Positions 33,162 through 42,270 of a stretch of 64,000 nt of DNA are shown here, piece after piece (the stretch's first letter is position 1; each line of letters starts with the position of its first letter). A program made the position numbers and the translations under genes. This stretch comes from an uncultured Actinomycetota bacterium (GTDB taxonomy: Bacteria; Actinomycetota; Actinomycetes; Actinomycetales; Cellulomonadaceae), in the NCBI GenBank assembly GCA_963703555.1, contig CAVPEV010000046.1, positions 11,529 to 75,528 on the forward strand. The letters are read 5' to 3'. A model generated the notes under the pieces. That model was not told where the DNA came from, did not search any database, and saw nothing but the letters and a program-made list of their open reading frames with translations.

Positions 33162-35390
33162 GTGGAGGGACCCGAGATCCAGTTCGCCGAGGCCGTCATC
33201 GACAACGGCCGCTTCGGCACCCGCACCGTCCGATTCGAGACCGGCCGGCTGGCCCGTCAGGCTGCCGGCTCGGCCATGGCATACCTGGACGGCGAGACCG
33301 CTCTGCTGTCGGCCACCACGGTCGGCAAGCACCCCAAGGACCAGTTCGACTTCTTCCCGCTGACCGTGGACGTCGAGGAGCGCCAGTACGCTGCCGGCAA
33401 GATCCCCGGCTCGTTCTTCCGCCGGGAGGGCCGCCCGTCCACCGACGCGATCCTCGCCTGCCGGCTCATTGACCGCCCGCTGCGCCCGCTGTTCGTCAAG
33501 GGGCTGCGCAACGAGGTGCAGGTCGTCGTCACGGTGCTCGCGCTGCACCCCGACGACACCTACGACGTGCTGGCGATCAACGCGGCGTCGTTGTCCACCC
33601 AGCTGTCCGGCCTGCCGTTCTCCGGACCGGTCGCCGGGGTGCGCATCGCGCTCGTCGACAACCAGTGGGTCGCCTTCCCGCGGTACTCCGAGCGCGAACG
33701 GTCCACCTTCGACATGGTGGTCGCCGGGCGGGTGGTCGGTGACGACGTCGCCATCGCGATGATCGAGGCCGAGGCGCCCGAGGCGTCGTGGAACCTCATC
33801 CAGGGCGGGGCCACCGCCCCGAGCGAGCCGGTCGTCGCCGACGGGCTCGAGGCCGCCAAGCCGTTCCTGCGGGCGCTGTGCGAGGCGCAGGCCGACCTCG
33901 CCGCGAAGGCTGCCAAGCCGACCCAGCAGTTCCCGGTGTTCCCCGACTACCAGCCGGACACCTACCAGGTCGTCGAGGCGGTGGCCGAGTCCCGGCTGGA
34001 CAGCGCGCTGACCATGGCCGACAAGCAGGCCCGCGAGTCCCGGCTGGACGAGATCAAGGCCGAGGTCGTCGCCGAGCTGGCCGAGCAGTTCGTCGGTCGG
34101 GAGCGCGAGATCCCCGCGGCGCTGCGCGCGGTGCAGAAGAAGGTCATCCGCAGACACATCCTCACCGACGGCTTCCGCATCGACGGGCGTGGTCTGAAGG
34201 ACATCCGCACGCTGTCCGCCGAGGTGGAGGTGCTGCCCCGGGTGCACGGCTCCGCGCTGTTCGAGCGTGGCGAGACGCAGATCCTCGGCGTCACGACGCT
34301 CAACATGCTGCGGATGGAGCAGCAGGTGGACACGTTGTCGCCGACCACGCGCAGGCGCTACATGCACAACTACAACTTCCCGCCCTACTCGACCGGTGAG
34401 ACCGGCCGGGTGGGTTCACCGAAGCGGCGCGAGATCGGCCACGGTGCCCTGGCCGAACGGGCGCTGCTGCCCGTGCTGCCCAGCCGCGAGGAGTTCCCGT
34501 ACGCGATCCGTCAGGTCTCCGAGGCACTGGGGTCCAACGGCTCCACCTCGATGGGGTCGGTCTGCGCCTCGACGCTCTCGCTGCTCAACGCCGGGGTGCC
34601 GCTGCGCGCCCCGGTCGCCGGGATCGCCATGGGTCTGGTCTCCGACGTGGTGGACGGGCAGCCCCGCTACGCCACCCTCACCGACATCCTCGGTGCGGAG
34701 GACGCGTTCGGGGACATGGACTTCAAGGTCGCCGGGACGCGTGACTTCGTCACGGCCATCCAGCTGGACACCAAGCTGGACGGCATCCCGGCCAACGTCC
34801 TGGCCGGCGCCCTGGCGCAGGCCAAGGAGGCTCGCCTGGCGATCCTCGACGTCCTCGCCGAGGCCATCAGCACCCCCGACGAGATGTCGCCGAACGCGCC
34901 CCGGGTCATCGCGGTGCAGATCCCGGTGGACAAGATCGGCGAGGTCATCGGCCCGAAGGGCAAGATGATCAACCAGATCCAGGAGGACACCGGCGCGGAC
35001 ATCTCCATCGAGGACGACGGCACCGTCTACATCGGCGCCACCGACGGGCCGGCCGCCGAGGCGGCCAGGGCGGCGATCAATGCGATCGCCAACCCGCACA
35101 TGCCGGAGATCGGCGAGCGGTTCGTGGGCACCGTGGTGAAGACCACCTCGTTCGGTGCCTTCGTGTCGCTGTCGCCCGGCAAGGACGGTCTGCTGCACAT
35201 CTCGCAGATCCGCAAGCTGGTCGGTGGCAAGCGGGTGGACAGCGTGGAGGACGTCCTGGCCGTGGGCCAGAAGGTCCAGGTCCAGGTCGCCGAGATCGAC
35301 CCTCGCGGCAAGCTGTCGCTGGCAGTTGTCGAAGACCAGGCGGCCGAGCCCGCGGCGGACGCCCCGGCCGACGTGCCCGCCGACGCCTGA
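33162..35390 (+). CDS. pnp: Polyribonucleotide nucleotidyltransferase (PNPase)
   Basis: 742 aa with two RNase PH domains, KH ([16 protein letters not shown]) and S1 ([15 protein letters not shown]). Also FFRREGRPS and [10 protein letters not shown]. Confidence 0.97.
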   Translation: MEGPEIQFAEAVIDNGRFGTRTVRFETGRLARQAAGSAMAYLDGETALLSATTVGKHPKDQFDFFPLTVDVEERQYAAGKIPGSFFRREGRPSTDAILACRLIDRPLRPLFVKGLRNEVQVVVTVLALHPDDTYDVLAINAASLSTQLSGLPFSGPVAGVRIALVDNQWVAFPRYSERERSTFDMVVAGRVVGDDVAIAMIEAEAPEASWNLIQGGATAPSEPVVADGLEAAKPFLRALCEAQADLAAKAAKPTQQFPVFPDYQPDTYQVVEAVAESRLDSALTMADKQARESRLDEIKAEVVAELAEQFVGREREIPAALRAVQKKVIRRHILTDGFRIDGRGLKDIRTLSAEVEVLPRVHGSALFERGETQILGVTTLNMLRMEQQVDTLSPTTRRRYMHNYNFPPYSTGETGRVGSPKRREIGHGALAERALLPVLPSREEFPYAIRQVSEALGSNGSTSMGSVCASTLSLLNAGVPLRAPVAGIAMGLVSDVVDGQPRYATLTDILGAEDAFGDMDFKVAGTRDFVTAIQLDTKLDGIPANVLAGALAQAKEARLAILDVLAEAISTPDEMSPNAPRVIAVQIPVDKIGEVIGPKGKMINQIQEDTGADISIEDDGTVYIGATDGPAAEAARAAINAIANPHMPEIGERFVGTVVKTTSFGAFVSLSPGKDGLLHISQIRKLVGGKRVDSVEDVLAVGQKVQVQVAEIDPRGKLSLAVVEDQAAEPAADAPADVPADA

Positions 35391-35391
35391 C

Positions 35392-36720
35392 GTGGCGGTC
35401 TCCCTCCCGCTCGTCGCCACCGGCTCGCCCGGCAGCGAGCTGACCGTCGGGCAGGACGGTGGCGCCCGCGTGCGCCGCACGGTTCTGCCCGGCGGTGTCT
35501 GCGTGCTGTCCGAGCACGTGCCGGGCATGCGCTCGGCGACCGTCGGCGCCTGGGTCGGGGTGGGCTCGCGCGACGAGCGCGAGGGTCAGCACGGGTCGAC
35601 CCACTTCCTCGAGCACCTGCTGTTCAAGGGCACCGCACGGCGCACCGCGATGGACATCGCGACGGCGTTCGACGAGGTCGGCGGCGAGGCCAACGCGGCC
35701 ACGGGTAAGGAGGACACCTGCTACTACGCCCGTGTCCTGGACACGGACCTGCCGATGGCGGTCGACGTCATCGCAGACATGGTGACCTCGGCCCGGCTGG
35801 ACGCGGGCGAGCTCGAGCTCGAGCGCGGCGTCATCCTCGAAGAGCTCGCCATGACCGACGACGACCCGTCCGACGTCGTCCACGAGCAGTTCGCCGCGGC
35901 CGTGCTCGGCAGCCACCCGCTGGCGCGGCCGATCGGCGGCACCCCGGAGGCGATCCGGGCAGTGCCGCGCGACGCCGTCCGGCAGCACTATCAGGAGCAC
36001 TACCGGGCCGACACACTCGTCGTCGCCGCGGCCGGCAACGTGGACCATGACGCCCTGTGCGCGCAGGTGGCGGGCGCGCTGCGGGCCGGCGGGTGGGACC
36101 TGGATCCCGACGCGGTGCCCCGGCGCCGGGTGGCCGAGGATCGCACGGCCCCGGTCCTCGGTGCGGCGACGGCGCGCACCGCGCACCGGGCCACGGAGCA
36201 GGCGAACGTCATCGTCGGCTGCGCGGGCCTCACCGCCACCGACCCACGACGGTTCGTCCTCGCGGTGCTCAACGCCGCGCTCGGCGGCGGGATGTCCTCG
36301 CGGCTGTTCCAGGAGATCCGCGAGAAGCGGGGGCTGGCGTACTCGACCTACTCCTTCGCGGCCGGCCACTCCGACGCCGGGGTGTTCGGGCTGTACGCCG
36401 GCTGCACCCCGTCCCGGATGGAGGAGGTCACCGGGCTGCTGCACGCCGAGTGGGACCGGCTGGCGGCGGACGGGATGGACGAGGCCGAGCTGCGGCGCTC
36501 GATCGGCCAGCTGTCCGGGAGCATGGTGCTCGGCCTGGAGGACAGTGGTTCGCGGATGACGCGGCTGGGCAACGCCGAGCTGGTCTACCGCGAGCTGGTC
36601 GGGGTCGACGAGATGCTCGGCCGGATCCGTGCGGTGACTGCTGTGCAGGTCCAGGAGCTGGCGGCCGACCTCGCGGCACGGCCACGGTCGGTGGTGCGGG
36701 TCGGTCCGCTGTCCCAGTGA
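35392..36720 (+). CDS. M16-family (pitrilysin-like) zinc peptidase
   Basis: GTG 35392 within track ORF 35155..36720. Inverted zinc motif HFLEHLLFKGT. Conserved neighbour of pnp. Confidence 0.88.
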   Translation: MAVSLPLVATGSPGSELTVGQDGGARVRRTVLPGGVCVLSEHVPGMRSATVGAWVGVGSRDEREGQHGSTHFLEHLLFKGTARRTAMDIATAFDEVGGEANAATGKEDTCYYARVLDTDLPMAVDVIADMVTSARLDAGELELERGVILEELAMTDDDPSDVVHEQFAAAVLGSHPLARPIGGTPEAIRAVPRDAVRQHYQEHYRADTLVVAAAGNVDHDALCAQVAGALRAGGWDLDPDAVPRRRVAEDRTAPVLGAATARTAHRATEQANVIVGCAGLTATDPRRFVLAVLNAALGGGMSSRLFQEIREKRGLAYSTYSFAAGHSDAGVFGLYAGCTPSRMEEVTGLLHAEWDRLAADGMDEAELRRSIGQLSGSMVLGLEDSGSRMTRLGNAELVYRELVGVDEMLGRIRAVTAVQVQELAADLAARPRSVVRVGPLSQ

Positions 36721-36828
36721 CGTCGCACGGACGGTGCCGGCCCGCAGCGGAACCGGCGGTGACCGCCGTTGCGGACCGGACGGCCGCCGCGGACCGGACC
36801 GCCGCGGACGGCGGCTAGGGTGCCGCTC

Positions 36829-37614
36829 GTGAGCGAACGGATCAGGGTGGCCGTGCTGGGCGCGGCGGGACGCATGGGCTCGACCGTGGTGCAGGCCGTC
36901 CGAGCCGCGCCGGACCTGGAGCTGGTCGCGGCGATCGAGCGAGGGGACGACCTCGGCGTGCTGTCCGGCCGCGGGGTCGGCGCCGACCGGCCCGCGACGC
37001 CGTCGGCACAGGTTGCGGTGGACTTCACCGTGCCCGAGGCCACCGAGGCCCATGTGCACGCCCTGGTCGACCTGGGTGTGCACGCGGTGGTGGGTACGAC
37101 CGGGTGGGACGATGCGGCCCTGACCCGGGTCCGGGACCACCTGGCCGAGCGGCCGGGTGTCGGCGTCGTCATCGCCCCCAACTTCGCTCTGGGGGCGGTG
37201 CTGGCCGAGGTGCTGGCCGTGCAGGCTGCCCGGTGGTTCGAGTCCGTGGAGATCGTCGAGATGCACCACCCGGACAAGGCGGACGCGCCCTCGGGCACGG
37301 CGCAGCACACCGCGGCCGGCATCGCCGCAGCCCGAGCCGCAGCCGGGCTCGGCCGGTCGCCCGACGCGACGGCCACCGCGCTGGACGGCGCGCGTGGTGC
37401 CGACGTCGACGGCGTGCGGGTGCACGCCGTGCGGCTGCGCGGCTACGTCGCCCACGAGGAGATCCTGCTGGGCAACCCCGGCGAGGTCCTGACGATCCGG
37501 CACGACTCGATGGACCGGGTCAGCTTCATGCCGGGAGTGCTGGTCGCCGTGCGCCGCGTCGGGGACAACCCGGGGCTGACGGTCGGCCTGGACCGCCTGC
37601 TCGGGCTGGGCTGA
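36829..37614 (+). CDS. dapB: 4-hydroxy-tetrahydrodipicolinate reductase
   Basis: GTG 36829 (VSERIRVAVLGAAGRMGSTVV). Motifs VVGTTGW, EIVEMHHPDKADAPSGTA, ILLGNPGEVLTIRHDSMDRVSFMPGVLVA. Confidence 0.93.
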   Translation: MSERIRVAVLGAAGRMGSTVVQAVRAAPDLELVAAIERGDDLGVLSGRGVGADRPATPSAQVAVDFTVPEATEAHVHALVDLGVHAVVGTTGWDDAALTRVRDHLAERPGVGVVIAPNFALGAVLAEVLAVQAARWFESVEIVEMHHPDKADAPSGTAQHTAAGIAAARAAAGLGRSPDATATALDGARGADVDGVRVHAVRLRGYVAHEEILLGNPGEVLTIRHDSMDRVSFMPGVLVAVRRVGDNPGLTVGLDRLLGLG

Positions 37615-37617
37615 GCC

Positions 37618-38085
37618 GTGGCGTCCGGCCGACGCTCGCACACGGTCGCCGTCGCGGGCGCCCTGGCGGTCACGGCGCTGCTGGCCCTCTACGTGGCGGT
37701 CGTGGCGGTGCGGGGCGTCGCGCTGCTGCGCACGGGGGAGCCGGTCGGTATCGGGCTGGGCGTCGGCGTGCTGGTGCTCCCGGCCCTGGTCGTGTGGGCG
37801 GTGGCACGGGAGTGGTGGCTGGCTGTGCAGGTGCAGCGGATGGCCGACGAGCTCGCCGAGGCTGGCCGGCTGCCGGTGGACGACCTGCCACGCTCCCCGG
37901 GAGGTCGGATCGACCGTGCGGCGGCGCGGGCGTCGTTCGAGGCGCACCGGACCCTCGTGGAGTCGTCCCCCGACGACTGGGGCGCCTGGTACCGGCTGGC
38001 CTTCGCCTACGACGCGGCGGGGGACCGTCGGCGCGCCCGGGAGGCGCTGCGGACCGCGGCGCGGCTCCGGCGTGCTGCGTCCTGA
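37618..38085 (+). CDS. Membrane protein with TPR-like C-terminal segment (conserved dapB neighbour)
   Basis: 155 aa with two hydrophobic helices, then WGAWYRLAFAYDAAGDRRRAREALRTA. Codon periodicity is typical of this genome. Confidence 0.6.
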   Translation: MASGRRSHTVAVAGALAVTALLALYVAVVAVRGVALLRTGEPVGIGLGVGVLVLPALVVWAVAREWWLAVQVQRMADELAEAGRLPVDDLPRSPGGRIDRAAARASFEAHRTLVESSPDDWGAWYRLAFAYDAAGDRRRAREALRTAARLRRAAS

Positions 38086-38190
38086 CCGAGGGGCGCTCGG
38101 ACGGGTCCCCTCCCGGCGGCCCGGCGCCGCGCGATCCCCTCGCCCTGCGACCATCGGCCGCCCGGGCCACCACGCCCACATCACCGGGCT

Positions 38191-38231
38191 GGACGGCAAC
38201 TCTTAGGGTGTTATTCACGAGATTGCCGTCC
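38191..38231. repeat. Inverted repeat at the left edge of the compositional island
   Basis: ggacggcaactc (38191-38202) pairs with gag-a-ttgccgtcc (38219-38231), with one bulged A. The 16-nt loop ttagggtgttattcac contains TAGGGT (38204-38209). Confidence 0.8.
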
Positions 38232-38327
38232 GACGATCTGGCGTGTCGCCGAAGGGATCGGCCCTCCCGTTGAAGAATGGACTTGTCAACAATTCGTTCT
38301 TCGCGAGGAGGGCGGATGCGTTAGCAC

Positions 38328-38366
38328 TGAGGTCTTCTCACCAGCCACTCTGGTGAGAAGACCTCA
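38328..38366. repeat. Perfect 16-bp inverted repeat with 7-nt loop
   Basis: tgaggtcttctcacca (38328-38343), loop gccactc, tggtgagaagacctca (38351-38366). No U/T tract follows on either strand. Confidence 0.9.
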
Positions 38367-38395
38367 CTTGAGCTGCTAGTTGAGGGAGGATCCTC

Positions 38396-38662
38396 ATGCA
38401 GGATGGGCCGAAACTTCCGGATGCTGTTCCCTGCGAGTCTGCGGCGGCCCGTTCCAACAAGGGTTTCCCTTGGAATTTTCCGCTCTGTATCGTCATGGGA
38501 ATTTCATTCTGGGTTAGGGGGTTGCAGTCGTCAGACCATCTCGACTTGTGGTTTGGGATTATCTGCACTGTTGCGGGATGCGTGTGCACCGGACATGCGA
38601 TTTGTGGGGTTGTGCGTAGGGCGCCGAGGGGCGGGGCCGCGATGGATGCAAAGCCCAAGTAG
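38396..38662 (+). CDS. Hypothetical small Cys-rich membrane protein (88 aa), no recognised family
   Basis: SD gggagg (38384-38389) lies 6 nt before ATG 38396. There are two hydrophobic stretches (FPWNFPLCIVMGISFWV and LDLWFGIICTVAGCVCTGHAICGVV) and a basic tail. Many A/T-ending codons are atypical of this genome. A competing minus-strand ORF at 38338..38700 cannot be excluded. Confidence 0.3.
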   Translation: MQDGPKLPDAVPCESAAARSNKGFPWNFPLCIVMGISFWVRGLQSSDHLDLWFGIICTVAGCVCTGHAICGVVRRAPRGGAAMDAKPK

Positions 38663-38699
38663 CTGCGCATGATGGCCCGCGTGGTTTGGACGGTGCACA

Positions 38700-39102
38700 C
38701 CTTCGGTGTGTGGCTCGGCGCCGCCGACGTCGTGCGCTGAGGTCCGGCGCGCCGAGGTCACGTTCCATGAGACGAGCGCCGTCATGCTGCCCGATCGGCT
38801 GCGCGGCAACGGGTTCGAGGTCCTCGGACTCGCGCCGTCCATGGGCGACGTCGGCGCCTCGGTCGTGGTCGGACGGGTGTGGGCCGCGATCTCACCGACT
38901 CTTGCCTTCGGGTACGCCGCGACCCGGATGGTCGCCTCCCTGAGCAGGTGTGCCATGGAGGCGTCGAGCCGTCCGGACCGCCGGGGATGTCGAACAGCTC
39001 GACCATGGCGTGGCGACGCTCGCTGGCAGTCCCACCGGCGACGTCCGACAACGCAGACTCGATCCGCAGGCCGGGGATCGTGACGTGCTGCGCCCGGAGC
39101 AT
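38700..39102 (-). pseudogene. Broken minus-strand coding remnant, family not identified
   Basis: G/C is strongly enriched at codon position 3 on the minus strand. The signal is in the frame of ORF 38782..39102 from 39102 to about 38985, then moves to the frame of ORF 38531..39652. The shift lies near a C-run at 38966-38986. There is no intact ORF and no family motif. Confidence 0.3.
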
Positions 39103-39216
39103 GGCAGAGCAGCACTCCCTCCTTCTCAGCTCTCACCTCCACCTCGTGACGGTGCTGGCGCCCGCCTTCGACGGCCCGGTGCCGCGCGTCTGATCCCGGC
39201 GATCCGCAGCGGCGCG

Positions 39217-39741
39217 TCAGATCTCGGCGACCCAGTGCCGCTCGACCACCGGGCCCTCTGGACCGGTGGCCAGTGTCCGCTCCGAGCCGTCTCGGCCCAG
39301 GCCGGCCGCGCCGAGGAACCGCTCGCGCGCCTCGTCGGAGCCGAGCACCCAGGTGCCGATGCTGCGGGCACCGTCTGCTCGCAGAGTGTCGACCGCCGCG
39401 GCGAGGAGGCGCGAGCCGTGGCCACCCCGTTGCGCCGGCGGGTCGACCTCGAGGGCGAGCAGCTCCCCGGCCCCTGCGCCGTCGCCGGGACCGATGGCCG
39501 CGAACCCCACGACGGAGGGCCCGTCGCAGGCGACGAGCACCCGGTGGCCGGCCGGCGGGCGAGCCACGGCGGGCGCCCACCGGCTCTCGACCTCCGTGAC
39601 GTCGATCCGGTCGAGCGCGGGACCGAGCCTGCTCCCCAGCGTTGCCTGCCATGCGGCGACCTGCACCCGGGCGACGGCTCGTTCGTCGCCGGGGACCGCG
39701 GGGCGCACGGAGACGTCGGCCGGGGTGCGGAAGAGGGCCAT
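39217..39741 (-). CDS. GNAT-family N-acetyltransferase
   Basis: 174 aa from ATG 39741 within track ORF 39217..41325. VRPAVPGDERAVARVQ..LLALEVDPPAQRGGHGSRLLAAAVD is the Q/RxxGxG/A acetyl-CoA motif. Confidence 0.8.
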   Translation of the reverse strand: MALFRTPADVSVRPAVPGDERAVARVQVAAWQATLGSRLGPALDRIDVTEVESRWAPAVARPPAGHRVLVACDGPSVVGFAAIGPGDGAGAGELLALEVDPPAQRGGHGSRLLAAAVDTLRADGARSIGTWVLGSDEARERFLGAAGLGRDGSERTLATGPEGPVVERHWVAEI

Positions 39742-39821
39742 GGTGCCTCCATGGGTGCTGGTGGACGAGGTCGCGGTGACCCCTGCCGTCGGGATCGCCG
39801 CCGGCGGCGGGACGGCCCAGC

Positions 39822-41303
39822 TCACAGGGCCACGTAGACCGGCTCGAGGTACTCCTCGATGCCTGCCTCGCCGCCCTCGCGGCCGAGCCCGGACGCCTTC
39901 ACCCCGCCGAACGGTGCGCTCGCGTCGGACACCATGCCCCGGTTGACGCCGAGCATGCCGGTCTCCAGGGACTCGGCCAGCCGCAGCACCCGGGCGACGT
40001 CGCGGGTGTACGCGTAGGCGACCAGGCCCTCCTCGGTGGAGTTCGCCAGCCGCACGGCGTCCTCCTCCGAGCCGAACGTCTGGATCGGCGCGACCGGCCC
40101 GAAGACCTCTTCGCGCACCACCCGGGCGTCCGGCGGGACGTCGGTCAGCACCGTCGGGGCGTAGAACCAGCCGATCCGGTCCGGCCGTGCGCCGCCCGTG
40201 CGCACCTGTGCACCGGCGTCGACGGCCTGGGCGACGACCTCGGCGACCCGGTCCACGGCAGCCTCCTCGATGAGCGGACCGGCCGTCGTGCCCGGCTCGG
40301 CACCGTGCCCCACCACGAGCTCGGCGAACGCCGCCGTGAGCCGGTCGGCGAACTCCCCGGCAACCCGCTCGTCCACGAGGAACCTGTTCGCGGCCACGCA
40401 CGTCTGGCCACTGTTGCGCATCTTGGCCACCACGGCTCCCTGCACGGCCGCATCGAGGTCGGCATCGTCGAAGACGAGGAACGGCGCGTTGCCGCCCAGC
40501 TCCATCGAGGTGCGCAGCACCCGGTCGGCGGCCTGGCGCAGGATGCCCCGGCCCACCTCGGTCGACCCGGTGAAGGACACCTTGCGCAGGCGGGGGTCGG
40601 CGAACAGCGGCGCGGTCGTCGCGCCGGCGGAGGACGTCGCAACGACGCCGAGCACACCGACCGGCAGCCCCCGGGCGCCGAGCTCGGCTCGGACGATCTC
40701 GGCGAACCACAGCGTGGTCAGCGGGGTCAGCCGAGCAGGCTTGACGACGACCGCGCACCCCGCGGCCAGCGCGGGTGCGACCTTGCGGGTGATCATCGCG
40801 ATGGGGAAGTTCCACGGTGTGATGAGCAGCGCCGTGCCCACCGGACGGCGCAGCACGAGCTGGTGGTGGGTGCCGGCCGGGGCGCGCCGCGCCAGCCCGT
40901 CCTGGCGCACGGCCTGCTCGCTGTACCAGCGCACGTAGTCCGCCGCATAGGCCACCTCGGCGCGCGCCTCGGCGAGCGGCTTGCCGCCCTCGGCGGTGAC
41001 GAGCGCCGCCGCCTCGTCGGCTCGGGCGGTCATCGTGTCGAACACGGCCCGGAGCAGCTCGGCGCGGTCCCGAGGTGCGACCTCCCGCCAGAGCCGTCCG
41101 GCCCGGTCTGCGGCGGCGAGCGCCTCGAGGGCGTCCTCGGGACCGGCGTCGGCCACCTCGGCGAGCGTGCGGGTGGTCGCCGGGTCCTCCACCGGGAAGG
41201 TGCGCCCGGATCGTGCCGCCCCCCACCGCCCGTCGACGAGCAGGCCGGTCGGCAGGTCGGCGGTCCAGGGACCGGACAAGGGGGCGGGCAACGTCACGGA
41301 CAT
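39822..41303 (-). CDS. gabD: NAD(P)-dependent aldehyde dehydrogenase, succinate-semialdehyde dehydrogenase-like
   Basis: 493 aa from ATG 41303 within track ORF 39822..41816. Motifs [46 protein letters not shown]. Substrate specificity is inferred only from overall resemblance. Confidence 0.75.
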   Translation of the reverse strand: MSVTLPAPLSGPWTADLPTGLLVDGRWGAARSGRTFPVEDPATTRTLAEVADAGPEDALEALAAADRAGRLWREVAPRDRAELLRAVFDTMTARADEAAALVTAEGGKPLAEARAEVAYAADYVRWYSEQAVRQDGLARRAPAGTHHQLVLRRPVGTALLITPWNFPIAMITRKVAPALAAGCAVVVKPARLTPLTTLWFAEIVRAELGARGLPVGVLGVVATSSAGATTAPLFADPRLRKVSFTGSTEVGRGILRQAADRVLRTSMELGGNAPFLVFDDADLDAAVQGAVVAKMRNSGQTCVAANRFLVDERVAGEFADRLTAAFAELVVGHGAEPGTTAGPLIEEAAVDRVAEVVAQAVDAGAQVRTGGARPDRIGWFYAPTVLTDVPPDARVVREEVFGPVAPIQTFGSEEDAVRLANSTEEGLVAYAYTRDVARVLRLAESLETGMLGVNRGMVSDASAPFGGVKASGLGREGGEAGIEEYLEPVYVAL

Positions 41304-41432
41304 GCCACCAGTGTCGCGCGGGCACCCGGTGCGCGCGCGGCGCCAGGCGATTCCGGGGCGGCCAGGACGCACCGGCAGCGGACCGCCTGGGCGGTCGCCG
41401 CTGACCGACGGACGGCGCCTACGATGGCCGGC

Positions 41433-42266
41433 ATGACGCAGCCGGTGGCGCCCGAGCCCGTGCGCGACGACATCCCCACGCCCTACGAGGACCTGCTGCG
41501 GCTCGTGCTCGAGTCCGGCACGGCCAAGGCCGACCGCACCGGCACGGGGACCCGCTCCCTGTTCGGTCACCAGATGCGGTTCGACCTGCGCGCCGGGTTC
41601 CCCCTGGTCACCACGAAGCGCGTGCACCTGCGGTCGGTGGTCTACGAGCTGCTGTGGTTCCTGCGCGGGGACTCCAACGTCGGCTGGCTGCACGACCACG
41701 GCGTGTCGATCTGGGACGAGTGGGCCGACCTCGACGGCGACCTCGGGCCGATCTACGGGGTGCAGTGGCGCTCGTGGCCGACTCCCGACGGGCGGCGCAT
41801 CGACCAGCTGGCGCACGTGCTCGACCAGCTACGGTCGGACCCGGACTCGCGGCGGATGCTGGTGTCCGCATGGAACGTTGCCGAGATCGCCGACATGGCG
41901 TTGCCGCCCTGCCATGCGTTCTTCCAACTCTACGTGGCCGACGGGCGGCTGTCCTGCCAGGTGTACCAGCGCAGCGCGGACCTGTTCCTCGGCGTGCCGT
42001 TCAACATCGCGTCCTACGCGCTGCTCACCCACATGGTCGCCCAGCAGGTCGACCTCGAGGTGGGTGACCTCGTGTGGACCGGCGGCGACTGCCACATCTA
42101 CGACAACCACGTCGACCAGGTGCGCGAGCAGCTGTCCCGGGAGCCGTTCCCGCCCCCGACGTTGCGGTTGCGGCGGGCGTCGTCCCTGTTCGACTACTCG
42201 TTCGAGGACGTGGAGATCGTCGGATACCGCCATCACCCGGCGATCAGCGCTCCCGTCGCGGTGTGA
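41433..42266 (+). CDS. thyA: Thymidylate synthase (ThyA type)
   Basis: Motifs [77 protein letters not shown]. An alternative ATG exists at 41424. Confidence 0.95.
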   Translation: MTQPVAPEPVRDDIPTPYEDLLRLVLESGTAKADRTGTGTRSLFGHQMRFDLRAGFPLVTTKRVHLRSVVYELLWFLRGDSNVGWLHDHGVSIWDEWADLDGDLGPIYGVQWRSWPTPDGRRIDQLAHVLDQLRSDPDSRRMLVSAWNVAEIADMALPPCHAFFQLYVADGRLSCQVYQRSADLFLGVPFNIASYALLTHMVAQQVDLEVGDLVWTGGDCHIYDNHVDQVREQLSREPFPPPTLRLRRASSLFDYSFEDVEIVGYRHHPAISAPVAV

Positions 42267-42270
42267 GGCG

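Noticed and set aside
38281-38305. dif-like / XerC-XerD site. acttgtcaacaatt resembles the ACTTGACATAAT arm, and there is a partial palindrome gaagaat...attcgttcttc.
   Set aside because: Only one arm is vaguely similar. The central spacing (13 nt) is wrong for a 6-nt dif core, and the second arm does not match.
38305-38324. Mini-ORF ATG CGT TAG preceded by gaggaggg, just upstream of the 16-bp hairpin. It could be a leader-peptide attenuator.
   Set aside because: It has only two sense codons. The SD-to-ATG spacing is only 3-4 nt. No alternative pairing partner for the hairpin arms was found.
38700-39102. Possible PIN/VapC-like reading of the island remnant. HVTIPGLRIESAL..ERRHAMVELF and VGEIAAH loosely resemble VapC helices with an acidic residue.
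   Set aside because: The similarity is weak and judged by eye only. The N-terminal strand with the first catalytic Asp is absent. There is no room for an upstream antitoxin gene. This is not enough to name a family.
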